Shown one piece after another: positions 13,671 through 26,562 of a stretch of DNA of 60,976 nt. The translations under genes were made by a program, and so were the position numbers. The stretch comes from Girardia tigrina (taxonomy: Eukaryota), in NCBI GenBank assembly GCA_001938485.1, contig MQRK01243220.1, positions 8,430 to 69,405 on the forward strand, read 5' to 3'. Within the stretch, counting starts at the first letter, position 1, and each line of letters begins with the position of its first letter. Below the pieces are notes generated by a model. It saw nothing but the letters and a program-made list of their open reading frames with translations, made no database searches and was not told where the DNA came from.

Positions 13671-16600
13671 AAAATATTTATTCAAAACTTATTGGATAAT
13701 AATTAAAATGATAATTAATTATTTAAAAATATTAATTTGATTTATTTATTAAATATTATAAAACTGAATTAACATATGTAAAATTTTAAAATTATATGAA
13801 ATTAAAAATAAATTTAAACATTACATATTTTTAGATAATAAGAATTAAAACATTAATCATCCATCTGGGTAGGAGAGACACATTTCCAAATCAACATACA
13901 CATTCAAACACAAAACATCAAACATTCAAATATTCCTCACAATATGATTTATGAATAATGTGTTTCGCGATCTCTTCAGTACAAAACTGGTGGTACATAC
14001 TATGTCTTATTTTTTTATGGAGGTCCTTCATTAATCAGTCAAAATTGATTAGAATAACATCTTTGGTCGTAATTATTTGTCATAAAAATATTTTTTTCAT
14101 GTAGATCGCGAATAAAAACTTTTAAGATGCTGTTTAGATAAAGTATAACATTTGCTAAATTTAAACTTTTAATTAAATAAAATTTTAAATTTTATATTTA
14201 TAAACTTTTTAAAGAACATTTAATTCCTTGTCTTATTTGTTGAACCAAACCTTCATCATAATATATTACTTACTGTAGAATGACACTCCTCTGAGTCTGG
14301 CCACACAAAATAATCATAACGACTGCGTGATGTACATTGAAGATTTTATCAGGAATGAGGTAATTTTGTTTGAATCATTTCAATATATAAACAATTTTTA
14401 GATTGTCCAATGCATAAGACGCGATGACGAGATCAAATTTGAAAAATTGTACCTAAAAAGCATTTCTAATACAGACAAAATTCATGTGAATTTTTATGTT
14501 ATTAATTTATTTGATAATTAATGATAATTTTTTATGAAAACATTTTTTTTTGTGTTTCATTATTATAATTACTTGTTAATTAATCAAATATTAATCAAAA
14601 AATGCCCGGATAGCTTGTAACATACGAAAAGTCTATTTTTAAAAACACAGTTGGCAGAATTTTACTTGGCCAACAAAACTTTTTTTAGTTTTTTAAAATA
14701 TTTTTAAAATTAAAATTCCTATAATTAAGTTATGTTTCCCTTTTGAAATTCTCCATATGATTTTCAATGGACCAGTGTATGTGTTAGAGTTTTCATGAAT
14801 AATTTTTTCTCATGTGAAAGTGATAGTTAAGCATTCGAATCATTTCAAGGGAAAGATTTTCAAACTTTTTATGTTTTTTATTGCATTTCTGTTTAATTTA
14901 AAGAAATTTTAATTAAAAAAATATTTACAAAAAAACAAAAAAAATTTTAAAAGTTTTGTTGGCCAAGCATAATTCTGCTCGCATAATGCATGGATATGGA
15001 AAAATGTTGAATAGCGAGAGCGGTTTGAATAATTGTTGTAATGACAATTCTGCTTGTGATGTTAATAAATGTTCAAAAAATCATATTGATGTTGTTATTT
15101 CTTTGTCTCGAGTTTCCTTCATTTGTTCATGTTTCTTTGTATTTGTTGTAATCGTTGCAGTCATGTATTTCTGTAATATGGCATCTTCAATTTTCAGGTC
15201 TCTCTTGAATTTAATTGTATTTCTTATGTGTTTTAATCGTTATCAATTCTATATTAAATTAAACGAATGCGAATTTAGATGAGGTCTGTATACTGATCTC
15301 TAGTAGTCCGTTTTAACAGCGAGTTGCTAGGTTATAATATTTTCTTAACTGAGTTCAAAAAAAGGTTAAACCGTCAATAGGATTTTGTTTAATAAATCTG
15401 ATATAATAAAATTATTAACGTTTGTATACTCAGTAATCAGATTCTAAAGCCAGGAGTGTAAATCTTAAAGTAACATTAGAATAGAATTTCCGACTGAATG
15501 GTTGCGAGACCTTTTGTTCATTTACTATTATTATTTGGATATCCATTGGATAAAGACTGTGAATACATGTTTGTGGCAAACCCAGTGACATTCGAGTATA
15601 CTGTATTCAATCAAATACTGTATAAATATTCTTAAACATATATTTGTATTAAATTGTATGATTGTTGTCATTATATTGCCATTAAATATGAATAAGTATG
15701 CAAAGTTTGAAAAAAATTATTGAATAAAAAGCCTTTAAAAATAGGTTTGTAAATTCACGATAAAAAAAACTATAATAATAAAAATTTTAAATTAAAATGG
15801 CTTTATTGTTTATTCAATCATATTAGAGTATTCTGAATCAGAATACTCGAATATGATTGGACAAACAATAAAGCCTCATGTAGGGGCTCCAATGCCGGGA
15901 TCTCAAATCTCTGGATGACATGATTGAAATCCTAGGAAATGCGGTCGGAATTCCGGGATTCAAAATTTATATAACTTTTTTCAAAAATTTAAATTATTCG
16001 ATTTTAAAGTGAATTAAAATAAAATCAACAATATTTCAAAAATAAGAACAAAGGAAGGAAGAGGAAAAACAGCATCAACCTTGTCCCCAACTTTGTATAT
16101 TATTTAGGTATCATTTTCTTCTAGTTTGTTTTTTTCTTTTATTCTTTGTCTTGTATCCTCTCGGTTTATTTTACTGGGGTCATACAACTGTAAAACGTCT
16201 ATTTTCTTGATAAATATAACTTCTACTAGATCACAACCGATCATCTTTTGCTTTTTTTTTGCATTTATTGCGAATTCCACTTCCGGTAGAATATCTGCCC
16301 AACTCGTGGAATTTCTTTCTTTCAAGGTTGCTTGGATGAATTCTCATATTGTCCTAAATTGTCTCTCAATTGACCCATTGTTGTTATGGTGTTAAAGATT
16401 TGAGCACATTAGTTTAATTTCTTTTGTTTCTAACATGTCTTTAACTTTTTTCGCTTCAAAGCATTTTCTCCAATATACGTGAATTTCTTTTGGTGCTCCA
16501 AACTTTAAAATCAATTTTGTAAAATTGTTTGTACTATCCTTTCTTCGTCTCTCATTTTAATTGTTTCAAACATACATATTTACTAAAGTGATCTATTATT

Positions 16601-19600
16601 CTCATGATACATCTTTCTGTTTTTACTGTCTCCTTCCATGGCCTACGGATATCTATGTAAACTTTTTCTAATATTTCTGATGCTGTTATTTCTTTGTTTT
16701 CTTCTTTTGTCTATATGGTTATTGACTTTGTAAGTTGGCACTCTGTATATATTCTTCTTACCTCCTTTACCGTTTCCTTTTCTCCATCCTTGTTAAATTT
16801 GTCCCTCAGGTACTCATATACATTTTCTGCTCCTGCGTGGAACAATAAACTATGTTTTTTTATGATGAGATCGTTCCTTTTTTCTTTCGGTATCCATTCT
16901 TTCCCACCTGCTCTGAGTTGACTACTCGAAGTCACTGATAATAATCTATTCTTGTTTTTACCTTTTTTCGCATCCTCATGTACCATTAAGTATTTCGTAT
17001 AGTGTCGCACTTCCATCTTGATACCATTTCCGCATTGCAGTGTAGTTCTCTCTTCCTATATTCTATTTAGATATCCAAACTACTTAAGTAATTCATCCAC
17101 GTTCAAAATTGTGCCGTTAATGGTTTCTTTGTTTGAAACATTAATGTTATTACTTTATGATCTGTTCTCAATTTGATTTTTTTTCTCGTACAGATAATGG
17201 TTGAAATTTTGGCAAAAATAAAAATTGCTTTTGTCTTCCTTTCTTTTTGACATTAGCGGTTGGCCAGTGAGTGCACCGAATTATGCAAAAGCGTTCTCCA
17301 TATCTCTATATTTGTAGCCTCTTTCTCAGGCATTCCATCTTCAATCCTCTCCATTCTTTTAAATCATCTGTCCGTTGTCTCGTGGTTTTCCTCTTGGTCT
17401 TTCTCCTTCCACTCTTCCCTCAATCTTAACCTTTGATAGTGCTTGGTTTCTTATTTGAGGCCCGTAGAATTTCAGCTTCCTTCTCTTAATGGTCTCTTCT
17501 ATTGACTCCGGTCTTTTACCTAGTATTTCTGTCATTCTCCACCAGAAAAAGTCATTTGTCTTCTTCTCTTTCCACGTGATCTTAAGCATTCTCCTGTAAC
17601 ACTTCATTTCAAACGCTTTAAGTCTATCCATGCTCTTCTGATTTATTGTCCAACTCTCGCATCCATAGAGGAGTGCTTCCAAGACAATAACCTTAGTGAT
17701 CTTCATTCTGCTCTTGAGATGGATTCATTTGAGGTTAAAAACTGTACTAAGCTTAATCATTGAGCTTGTTGCAATACCAATCCGGGGTTTGATTTATTCT
17801 TCACTTCCCTTATTTTCTGTGATAGTAGAGCCTAAATATTTGAAACTCTTAACTTGTTCTAGCTTCTTTTCTTCAATGTCAATCTCCAGTTTAACCACTT
17901 TGTTGTAGTTTCCTGAAACCATTATTTCTTTTTTGTCTTTTAATTTCCATTCCAAATTTCTTTTACGCTTTATGTAATCTATTCGTAATTTCCTGAATCT
18001 CTGCCTCATACTTACCTATTAGATCTATGTTGTCAGCAAATTGTAGGTTGGTTATTCTTGTTCCTCCGCAACTTATTCCACCACCGTCTAGATAGTTTAT
18101 TGCTTCAATAACAATTCTCTCTAGAAAAAGGTTGAACAGTGTTGGTGAAATAATGCCACATTGTCTTACTCCTACTGATGATTTAAACCAGTCGCTAAAT
18201 TGTTCACTTGTCAACACTTTTGTCTTTGCGTTTTCCTAAATGCTCTTAATAATTTTCTTAATATGTTTTCCTATTTAGTGCTTCGTGCCACACTCTGTCA
18301 AAAGTTTTTTTTTAATCTATAAAGTTATGACAAATAATTCTTTTGGGGTATCTGGTTTTCTCCAAAATCAATCTTAGGTTGGTTATCTGCTTCGTAGGGC
18401 TGCGTTCCTTTCTAAAACCTATCTGCATCTCGTCTACTTTCGGTGTAATTCTTCTTTGTAACACTTTAAATATAACATTTGATGAGTGACTGATCAAACT
18501 AATTGTTGTAAAGTTGCTGCACCTTCTTTTATTTGCTTTCTTCAGTATAGGAATGAGGATAGATTCAGTCAATTGTGAGGACAAAACCCCACTATTTAAA
18601 ATTTTGTAGCATATTGCATACAGAATGATCACTATATTTTTGCCTCCATTCTGAATTTGTTCAGCGCTCATGTTGTCCATTCCTGGGCTTTTATTCCTCT
18701 TCAAACCTTTTATGGCAGCCTCTACTTCTAATCTTAAGACTTCACATTCGTGATCTTCGACAACTGATTTGAAGTTGTATAGTTCGCTGCAGTATTCTTT
18801 CCAGCTTTGAGCAATTTCTGTACATTTTTTAAGTGCATTTCCATCTTTATCTTTAATTACATTTATTTGTCTTTTTCCTGCTTGGTCAGTTTCTTAATTT
18901 CCTTGAAAGCTTCTCTAGAATTGTTTATTTCAAAACTACTTTCTATCAATTTTGCTTGCTCTTCCGCCCAATTTTATTTCGCCTTCATCAGCAACCTCCA
19001 AACTTTTTTTCGTCTTCCTGTAATCTTGCATGTGCTCTTCACCGTTATTTTTCTTACTTTGTAATTGACGTCGTCTGACACAGCATTTCAAAACCTTTCC
19101 ATTAATCCAGGGTTTCTTCGACTTTCGTCTTTTTCCCAGAACCTCTTTGCCAGTATCTGTGATAATGTTTGTGAACTCGTTACATAGCTATTGTGGTTAT
19201 TGCTTTCTTAGTTCACTCTGAAATTAGTACCTGATTCTAATATCCATCAGTTTCTCTAGGTTGAAAAGCGCTCTTTGATGTTTTGTTTTGGATTTTGTGG
19301 AGAGCTTATGTTTAAAAGTTGTCATGACAAGATCATGATCGCTTCCTATGTCTAGTTTCTTCAGAGTTTTCGTTTTGACTTTTTTGACACTGGATTTGAA
19401 TTTCTTAGATTCCAAAATGTAGTCTAGCTGTTTCTTAGTCATGTCATCAGGAGCATACCATGTTATCCTTCTTGGCGCTTTGTGTCTATGTAAGGTATTC
19501 ACAATAATCTTCTTCTGTCTCTCTGCAAAGTATAGAAGTGCAATACTCCTCTTAGTTGTGACGCCATGTCAGAATTTTCCGGCTAAATAGTGATTAACGC

Positions 19601-22600
19601 CTTCCCAAATCTGCGCATTCAAATCGTCTAAAACAAGGATAATATCTTTCTTTAGAGTCTTGTCAATGAGAATCTCCAGAGTCTCATAAAAGTCTTCAAA
19701 GACTTCCTCATCGTAATCAGTTGTTGGTGATTAGACAGGGATGATAAGAGTGTTAAATGGTTTACTGGAAATTCTGATTGAAATAATTCTTTCGGAGACT
19801 GGTATACATTCCATCACATTGATTGAAGTAGGCTTACCCACTATGAATCCCGAGACGTAATGTTTCTTATTTTCATGACCGCAGTACCACACCTTGTGTC
19901 CATCTTCTGTCGTGTATTCTTCCGTGCCAGTTTATCTCATTTCTGATATGCCAACCACATTCCATCTGATGGTATCTAGTTCTCTAGCCCATAGTTTTTT
20001 CCACTTTTAGACCAGGATCTCACATTCCAAGTGCGTAGAGCAAATAAATTTCTCAATGACATTTTGTCGCCATTAGCAAACTTTCCGTTGCCCCCTGTCG
20101 GCATCAAAAGGCAACACGGCCGTTGTTGACCTGGGCTACGAATAATCCGTAATAAAGTGATTTGTGGCTTTGCTTTGCATATTTTTGAGTGTATCAATAG
20201 GCAGGTAACCTGGTGGCGCCTATCTCCTCTCCAGGTATGGATGACTCGGATGAGCTCATCCGCCCTTTGTCAGGTTTATTTTTAATACTGTTGGGTATCC
20301 AAAATCCACTTCACCCATATTGTTCTGGGTGAGCGAGCCGGTTTATTCACCAGCCATCCGACCAGGTAGCCATCTGCCAGCCATCCGACAAGTAGTACTG
20401 ATTTACATGGTACCTGTAGTAAGCATGATTGCCTAACGTGAAACAAATAGAAGGCAAATTTGATATTAAAATAAAGACAATTTACAAAATCTAAAAAGGA
20501 GGAAATATTCTCTCCATCAATATATATTTATAAGAAGTGTCATCATTAAATTACAGTTATAAATTTAGATACAGTAGATTCTGTTTTATGCTGTTTCGAA
20601 ACAATGCGGTTTTGAAAAAAAAATTTTTTCAATGTTTCAAAAATAATATTCTTGTTTTATTTATATTCATGAGCTTTGCTAATTAACTATGGCTTAGCAA
20701 ATTTGGTTTTTCAAATTGGTGGTTTTCATGTAGTAAGCTTTGCGTTTTTAATGTCTTTTTAATATGTATTTTATTTATTAGCAAATTGATAATTATCGAT
20801 TGAGTTAGGGATACTTATTTAAAATTTACTTAATTACTTAAATATTAATAAATAAAAATAAATTGTTCTTGAAAGTAACTTTTTCAAATTAATAAGAGAT
20901 ATTTTTAATTATAATTCTTTACAAAAACTTTTGATTTTAGAATATTTTTTTATTTTAATGCTTACAGGCCTTACTCGCTCTTCTTGTGTGTACTCACTAA
21001 CATTAGTATGTTTCTGCAATGTACGAATTTTGGCATCTTTGACATAAATTTTTTTTGGTACCGTAGCCTTTGGGCCGTGCGTGCACTCAATTATGCACAA
21101 GCATTGGCTTGGGTTTACATATTTTTTGAGTGTCTCAGTAGGCAAAGAACCTGGTGACGCCTATCTCCTCTCCAGGTATAGATGGCCGTGGGCTCCAAGG
21201 AGCTCATCCGCACTTTGCTAGGTTTTGTTTTTCATCCACACACCTCTTCACCTAGGTTACTCTGGGCGAGGGAGCCGGTTCAGTCGCCAACTATTCGACC
21301 ATGAGACAAGTAATACAGGTTTACATGGTACCTGTAGCAGACAGATTTCCTGACCTGACCTGTGACACAAATATTTATATAAAATATGAGCTCGCACACA
21401 CAAATCAGTGTGTCGCAGATTTCTAAATTCTGTACATTCCAGAATTAGTACATCATCAACATGTCATGAATTATAGTGAAGTAATCAATTGTAATTTCTT
21501 AAGGGAAATTCAATCATTTTATTGAAATTAATACTCTAAAGTATTCATTCAAATATTTAGAGAGAATTATCCGTGCTGGACATAGCTCATTGGAATGATT
21601 CTGAGAAAATTATTAAATATTTGATGGAAAAGACACTTGATGATGAGGTTAATGATTGATTGTCATGCTAATTAATCAAGTTTTATCTCATAAATGAAAC
21701 AGGAAATGACATATCTGACGGAAGTATATAAAAATATAATGAATATAGAACATGGCACATTGTTGGGAGAGGTTTGTTAGAAATATGTCTATTCAAGCCA
21801 TAATTAACGTTCTTAGATGATATTGTATCGTTGTATCCGAGATCGTCACACCGACGGTTTCCATAAGTTCTGTCTATCTGAAATCGTCAATAATCAACAA
21901 AAGCTGGTAAATGAATCTGTTGAATGGAAATTTAACTTTGTGTCATTAGATCAAGTTTTCCTTTCTGTCAATTGTTTCCAAAGAAGGTTGCAGCATTTTT
22001 GTGAAAGAGCTTCTCAAGAAAACCATTTACAATAAAGAGGTTAAAAATAACAATAATATATATCTGTTAAATATCTTTTTTATGAAATCTATATTATTGA
22101 TTTTATGACGGTTTATATTAAGACTTGGGATTCGGCGATGAACGAAGCTAAAGAGCATAATCATAATGATATTACAGAAGATATAAAAGATAGAGGGAGT
22201 ATGATTGAGTCGAGATTAAAGGTAAGGATGATTATATATGAAGAAATGCTCATTGATTGAGATTGTAGAGCAATTTCTCATTATTGCATACAGCGGTGTG
22301 CGACAATGACGACGATATGGTCAGATATATATTAGAGAAGAATATTTTCGATCCTAACATCAATCATGAGGTGAGAAATATTTTCCAACTGATTATCCTT
22401 TGAAGAGAATATGACAGACTTTTGGAACTGCATTGGCCCTTGCTCATTCACTGTGTAATAAGAAATGTATCAAAGTTCTAGAACACTTCAATGTTCAGAC
22501 AAATACACAAAACAAAGTTAATTATTAAAAGATATTAATAATTGATAATCAGTTCCTTGATTTAGTTTATGCAAACGCCGTTACACGAAGCAATTGCTAG

Positions 22601-22807
22601 TGGCACATTTGATTGGAGTGATTATTTGATAGAAAAATGTGATAATATTGACAGAGCTGGATTTGTGAGTTGAGAGAATCACTAAATAAAGAGAAACTAA
22701 TGCAAGAATTGTAGAATAATTTGACTGCCTTGCACTGTGCTGTGATGGAAGAGAAGATGAATTGGTGTGAAAAACTAGTGCAAAATGGAGCAGACAGCAC
22801 TCGTAAA
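10018..22807 (+). CDS. Multi-exon ankyrin-repeat protein (5' and 3' ends uncertain)
   Basis: GT-AG exons, all phase 0, open when joined: 10018-10032, 10091-10189, 10239-10337 (KKRPIHLTVENKQFECAADLINQGCNIESEDEC), 10388-10486 (GMRPIHYACSKGDEKIVKLLIENKCEIDCRTKD), 10533-10631 (MNQPIHFACLDGHINIVKILLESNCEV), 14279-14359 (NDTPLSLA), 14402-14485, 21561-21647, 21703-21771, 21817-21906, 21950-22039, 22123-22221, 22269-22370, 22418-22516, 22566-22664 (FMQTPLHEAIASG), 22715-22807 (NNLTALHCAVMEE..LVQNGAD). Seven exons are exactly 99 nt, the length of one 33-aa ankyrin repeat. Confidence 0.9.
11325..11630 (-). mobile_element. hAT (Charlie/Buster-type) 3' end fragment
   Basis: CAGTGGCCTTCAACCTTTTT terminus; minus strand encodes LLTKQRYNLDIAKRGDLRLHLTHLKADIKSLASKHQA..SH*, the Buster-type C-terminus. 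Confidence 0.75.
11900..12230. repeat. Two about 170-bp related subunits, possibly a non-autonomous Helitron/DINE-like element
   Basis: AATCTAAGATCATATTC...GATATTTTGC...TTCTG(T/C)CCCACTTTAAACTATA occurs twice (near 11940 and 12108). Confidence 0.4.
12260..12560 (-). mobile_element. Penelope-like RT fragment
   Basis: LASIFMKSLE..KPVLYKRYVDDVFLVF..MNGLHPNIKFT.ELEVDNKLP. Confidence 0.8.
12684..13460. other. Assembly gap (N run) bordered by (TA)n
   Basis: N run; further gaps near 41604, 47270, 49937 and 56462. Confidence 0.99.
14648..14983. mobile_element. MITE with about 33-bp TIRs (Tc1-like)
   Basis: GCAGAATTTTACTTGGCCAACAAAACTTTT at left; inverted AAAAGTTTTGTTGGCCAAGCATAATTCTGC at right. 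Confidence 0.6.
15799..15875. repeat. 77-bp near-perfect inverted repeat
   Basis: 38-bp arms with 3 mismatches and a 1-nt loop. Confidence 0.9.
16080..17225 (-). mobile_element. Gypsy RNase H/integrase remnant
   Basis: WIPKEKRNDLIIKKHSLLFHAG; WADILPEVEFAINA. Confidence 0.85.
17240..20445 (-). mobile_element. Near full-length degenerate RTE-clade LINE (APE endonuclease + RT)
   Basis: TWNVRSW, DYILES, GSDHDLV (EN); KSPGMDN, GVRQCGIISPTLFNLFLE, LQFADNIDL (RT); LLYGCESWT; GC-richer 5' UTR at 20060-20445. Confidence 0.92.
21030..21370 (-). mobile_element. Isolated RTE 5' UTR of a related family
   Basis: Shares CCTGGTG.CGCCTATCTCCTCTCCAGGTAT, GAGCTCATCCGC and TTTACATGGTACCTGTAG with 20200-20420. 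Confidence 0.75.
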
Positions 22808-24819
22808 GTAATTTTATTAAATTATAATGCTCACCTAAATGTTTTTGTGAGGAATATTGTGAATGATAAAGTGTATTGTATTTTTTATGCTGTCGTTAGG
22901 GGCGTAGCCAGGATTTCATTTCGAGGGGGGAATATTGATGAACATTACACAATTTCGACCACATTCACACACACTGACATCGTTAGAGATTTTTTGGTCC
23001 TGTTAAATAGCGTTTCCATATTGTTTATTGTTTAGTAAGAATGAAAAGAGGCTGGATATAGAAATTATAGCGTCTTCTACCGAAATTGTAAGGAGTAAAG
23101 AATATAATAAAGACAAGAAGTACATTATTTCAAATTTATATAAAAAGCCCAATCGTCGTTGATATTGATCAAATTCCTCCAGTACTTCGTAGACGTTTTT
23201 TAATATCTGGAAAATATGGAATATTACATTGATAAAATGTTTCCAACGCTGTCACTGACTGGTCTTTGGGGAGACACTAAATGTACTTTGCAGAGTAAAG
23301 GCAAAACTCCAACGGCAATTACCGCTTATCGATAGGGGTCTCATATAATTGGTCAAGCTTTTCAAAGTTATTATCGATAGCCTTATGGTAGTTGAAAGGA
23401 ATAAGAGCTTCAAAAATTGAAAATATCTTCTCGTGATTAAGATTCAAATTATCATTAAGATTGCTCTGTGAAAGCACAATTCTTTCTAGAAATCTCTACT
23501 TAAGGTAAACTGAATATTATATTAGCGAAGATGTTTTCTAACGTTGTCAAGAAATACGTTGTAAACAGTTGTCCTATAATAATCTTCTGCCGATAAGAAC
23601 TGCTAAGAAATTCCAACGTGATCTGAAAATATACGTCTTAAAATTCCATCAGGTCCTGAGAAGATTTTATGAAAAGTTTCTTGACTATGCTCACAAGATT
23701 GATTAAGTATACTCAAAGCAGATTTTGTGTGAACAACGCATGCTGCTACTGTGTTACCCCAAATATTTTGCGCGCGCAAACTAAACGAATAGTTTGCGCA
23801 TGCGCAAATTATCCGAATAAATTGTGCGCGCAAATTATTTAGCTATTTTCACACAAGTTTTTGATTTTCTCACGTGGAAAATAAAATGGAAAAAAATTTT
23901 TAAATAATTAATCAAGGGCTTGTTCGCATAATAAGTGGAAGATTTTTATATAAGTATCATATTTAGCATGGCTACACTTAAAATTTTTCTGTCAATTCAA
24001 TACCAAATAAAAAGTCACCTAATTTAAAGCTATTTGAAAATCTTTTGAAATTAATTTTCCAACTATATATAAAATATTTATTTCTTTAATATTGTTTCGT
24101 CTTTTCAATATTTTAATGAATGGATTAAAGAATGGTCAAAATAAAAATCTGCTTCTGATATTAGAAATGCACTTTGTGTTTGTGGATTAAATGAATATTT
24201 TGATATTAATGATCTTAGTATTTTGCATGAACCATTAAGAGAATGCTGGAATACAGATTTTGATATATTAGCATGGAAAGAAAAATATAAAAATTGTATA
24301 AATAAAATAGAACAACAAAATTTCTTCAATGAAAATAACGATGAATGGATAGTTACAACAAAATCTCTTTGGATGACTATGTAAAAAAGTCTTCCTATTG
24401 ATGAACAAATATTTAATAATTTGAAAGAAGAAATTAAACATCACTTTATTTCTTTTGTTAAAAATTCAGATGAATTATCTGAATTGTTTGATTAATGTGA
24501 ACAATCATTAGTAGAAAAATAAACTGTTACTGAAAATAGATTAAACTTAGTTGTACTTAGTAATATTTTAAAAAAAAATATTCAAGTAACATTTTTGGAT
24601 GAAAATTTGCAAGAAATTGAAAATTTTACGTATGAAAAGTTTAAAAATGATATATACATTTGATATACAAATGATATATACATATATAAAATTTGCAGAA
24701 TATTTTGCTTATAAAAACATTGATAATTTATGTTTTTAATCTTCAAATATTTATCGAACTTGTGTATCATTTTACTATAAATTTAAATAAATTTTAGTAC
24801 TGAATACTTTCTTATATAT

Positions 24820-25522
24820 TGTTGGGTTCTTGATCGAGATTACAATTCATTAACACCAAAAATTTATTAATAACACAAATAACAATTATTTAAACATTTT
24901 TTCTTGAGAAACTTTCGTTTTCTTTTTTTTGACCAAATTTCTTATACATAAAAATATGGAGTTATAAATAATGATGAGCTATTTATTAAAACGAGATTTT
25001 AGAAATTATTATTTTTATTATTTACAATTCACAAATTTAAAATGCAAAACCATTATTTTTTATTTTAGAAATACAATTCTCAAATTTAAAATACAAAAAT
25101 ATTATTTTTATTTTAAAAATACAAAAATATTTAGCAATATTTAAATTTATTATTATTTAATAGAGATTCATTAATTATAAAATTTTAATGGCAGTTTTCT
25201 ATATATATTATATATTTTATTAATTATTTATCAAATTTTAATTGGCAGAATTTCTAACTGGTTTTTTAAATCTAAATTATCTTTTTTTATTACATCTCTG
25301 ACAACAAAAATTTCGTAAAGTTATTCTTCGGAATAACTTTTAAAATAAATGCAAAATAATTAAAACTCAATTATTTATGAGAATAACTCTTTTTTTTAAA
25401 TTAATTGGATATTTAGTTATAACTGTTTTAGAAACTTTTGATTTTAAATATTTTTATTATTTTAGAGATTATTTACAAAAATTAATTATTCAAAAATTTA
25501 AAGAATGAGCTTGTCCTTCACA
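24820..25522. mobile_element. Solo LTR
   Basis: TGTTGGG...CCTTCACA with TSD TATAT; related to 27745-28615. Confidence 0.8.
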
Positions 25523-25710
25523 TATATTATTACTTATTATTTTTTTAATGAGAATAGAGAAATATATATATGTCAGAAATTGTTTGTATTTGAAACGTTT
25601 TCACAAACCTTTTTATTTTATTTTTTTGAATCGAAATAATATGCCTGCGCAAACTAAAAGGTGCGCAAATTATTTTAATAATTTTATAAAACTTTTAGAA
25701 AATTGATTAT

Positions 25711-26562
25711 TGTAGTGGGGACGCTGCGCAGTCCCGATGGGGACTCAACGGGTCCAATCACCGGGAGAACCTGTTAGATAATAATAATAATAACCTACCG
25801 GTTTCGGATGGCGTTGGAATACTGTGGGGCCGCCATCTTGCTCTAAAGCTCCAGAACGACGTCGATTCGATTTGAGGGCGTTCGAACTGAGACGCGATGA
25901 TCGCACGGAGAAACCGAATTCCTTGTCGTTGATATGGTGGGTGATGTTGTTACCGTTGTTGTTGCCCGCTGATTGATCCAAATGAGACAGATTGAAGTCG
26001 GTCGAGACCGACTGGTTGAGTAAACTGAAGCTGTTCATACTGGTCGAGTTGGTGTGATTGTTGTTGATATTAGACGATTGGAAAATCGGATCGGATTCGG
26101 GAATCGAATACATTTTCGAGTCGAAGACGTTGAATACAGGCGCTGAAAAATGGGCTTGGTTGTAGAATTGATTGATGTCCGGTTTTTTTGGATATAGTTC
26201 TCGTGGTAGCCGATCGGATTCGACGAGTAATCGTTCATGGGATTGTTTAACGTCTGTCGAGAAATAAAAATCAGATTTTTGTTGAAAAATTAGTAATGAG
26301 AAATTGAAAACGCAAAAGCACAAAAAAAATTATTTCCCACTTATTTAAAAATTACAAATATTAAAACAACATTAATTTAATTAATGCTTTTTTAATTAAT
26401 TTCCGATATTTTTTTCAGTTCTAATGTTATCGATTCACTCCCTTGTTTTTAGAAATTAAATTTTGCATTTTTTACACATTTTTTGTTATTAAGTTTTGAT
26501 TGTTAAAATTAAATTAATAATTAAATTGATAATAAATAAATTAATAAATTGTGGTCACTACA
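25711..26562. mobile_element. Solo-LTR-like element carrying a host-like gene fragment
   Basis: Ends TGTAGTG...CACTACA; 5-bp TSD ATTAT; GC-richer minus-strand exon 26253-25799, 28-nt intron, then exon to the terminus. Confidence 0.75.

Noticed and set aside
20221-20245. RTE UTR TATCTCCTCTCCAGGTATGGATGA resembles the LTR motif TATCTCCTACCCAGATGGATGA
   Set aside because: Needs a gap, is antisense to the LINE, and the 3' half is not kept in the second UTR copy; likely chance
25799-25825. FQRHPKP resembling the start of a forkhead domain
   Set aside because: The spliced continuation is VLPVIGP, not PYSYI; no domain follows
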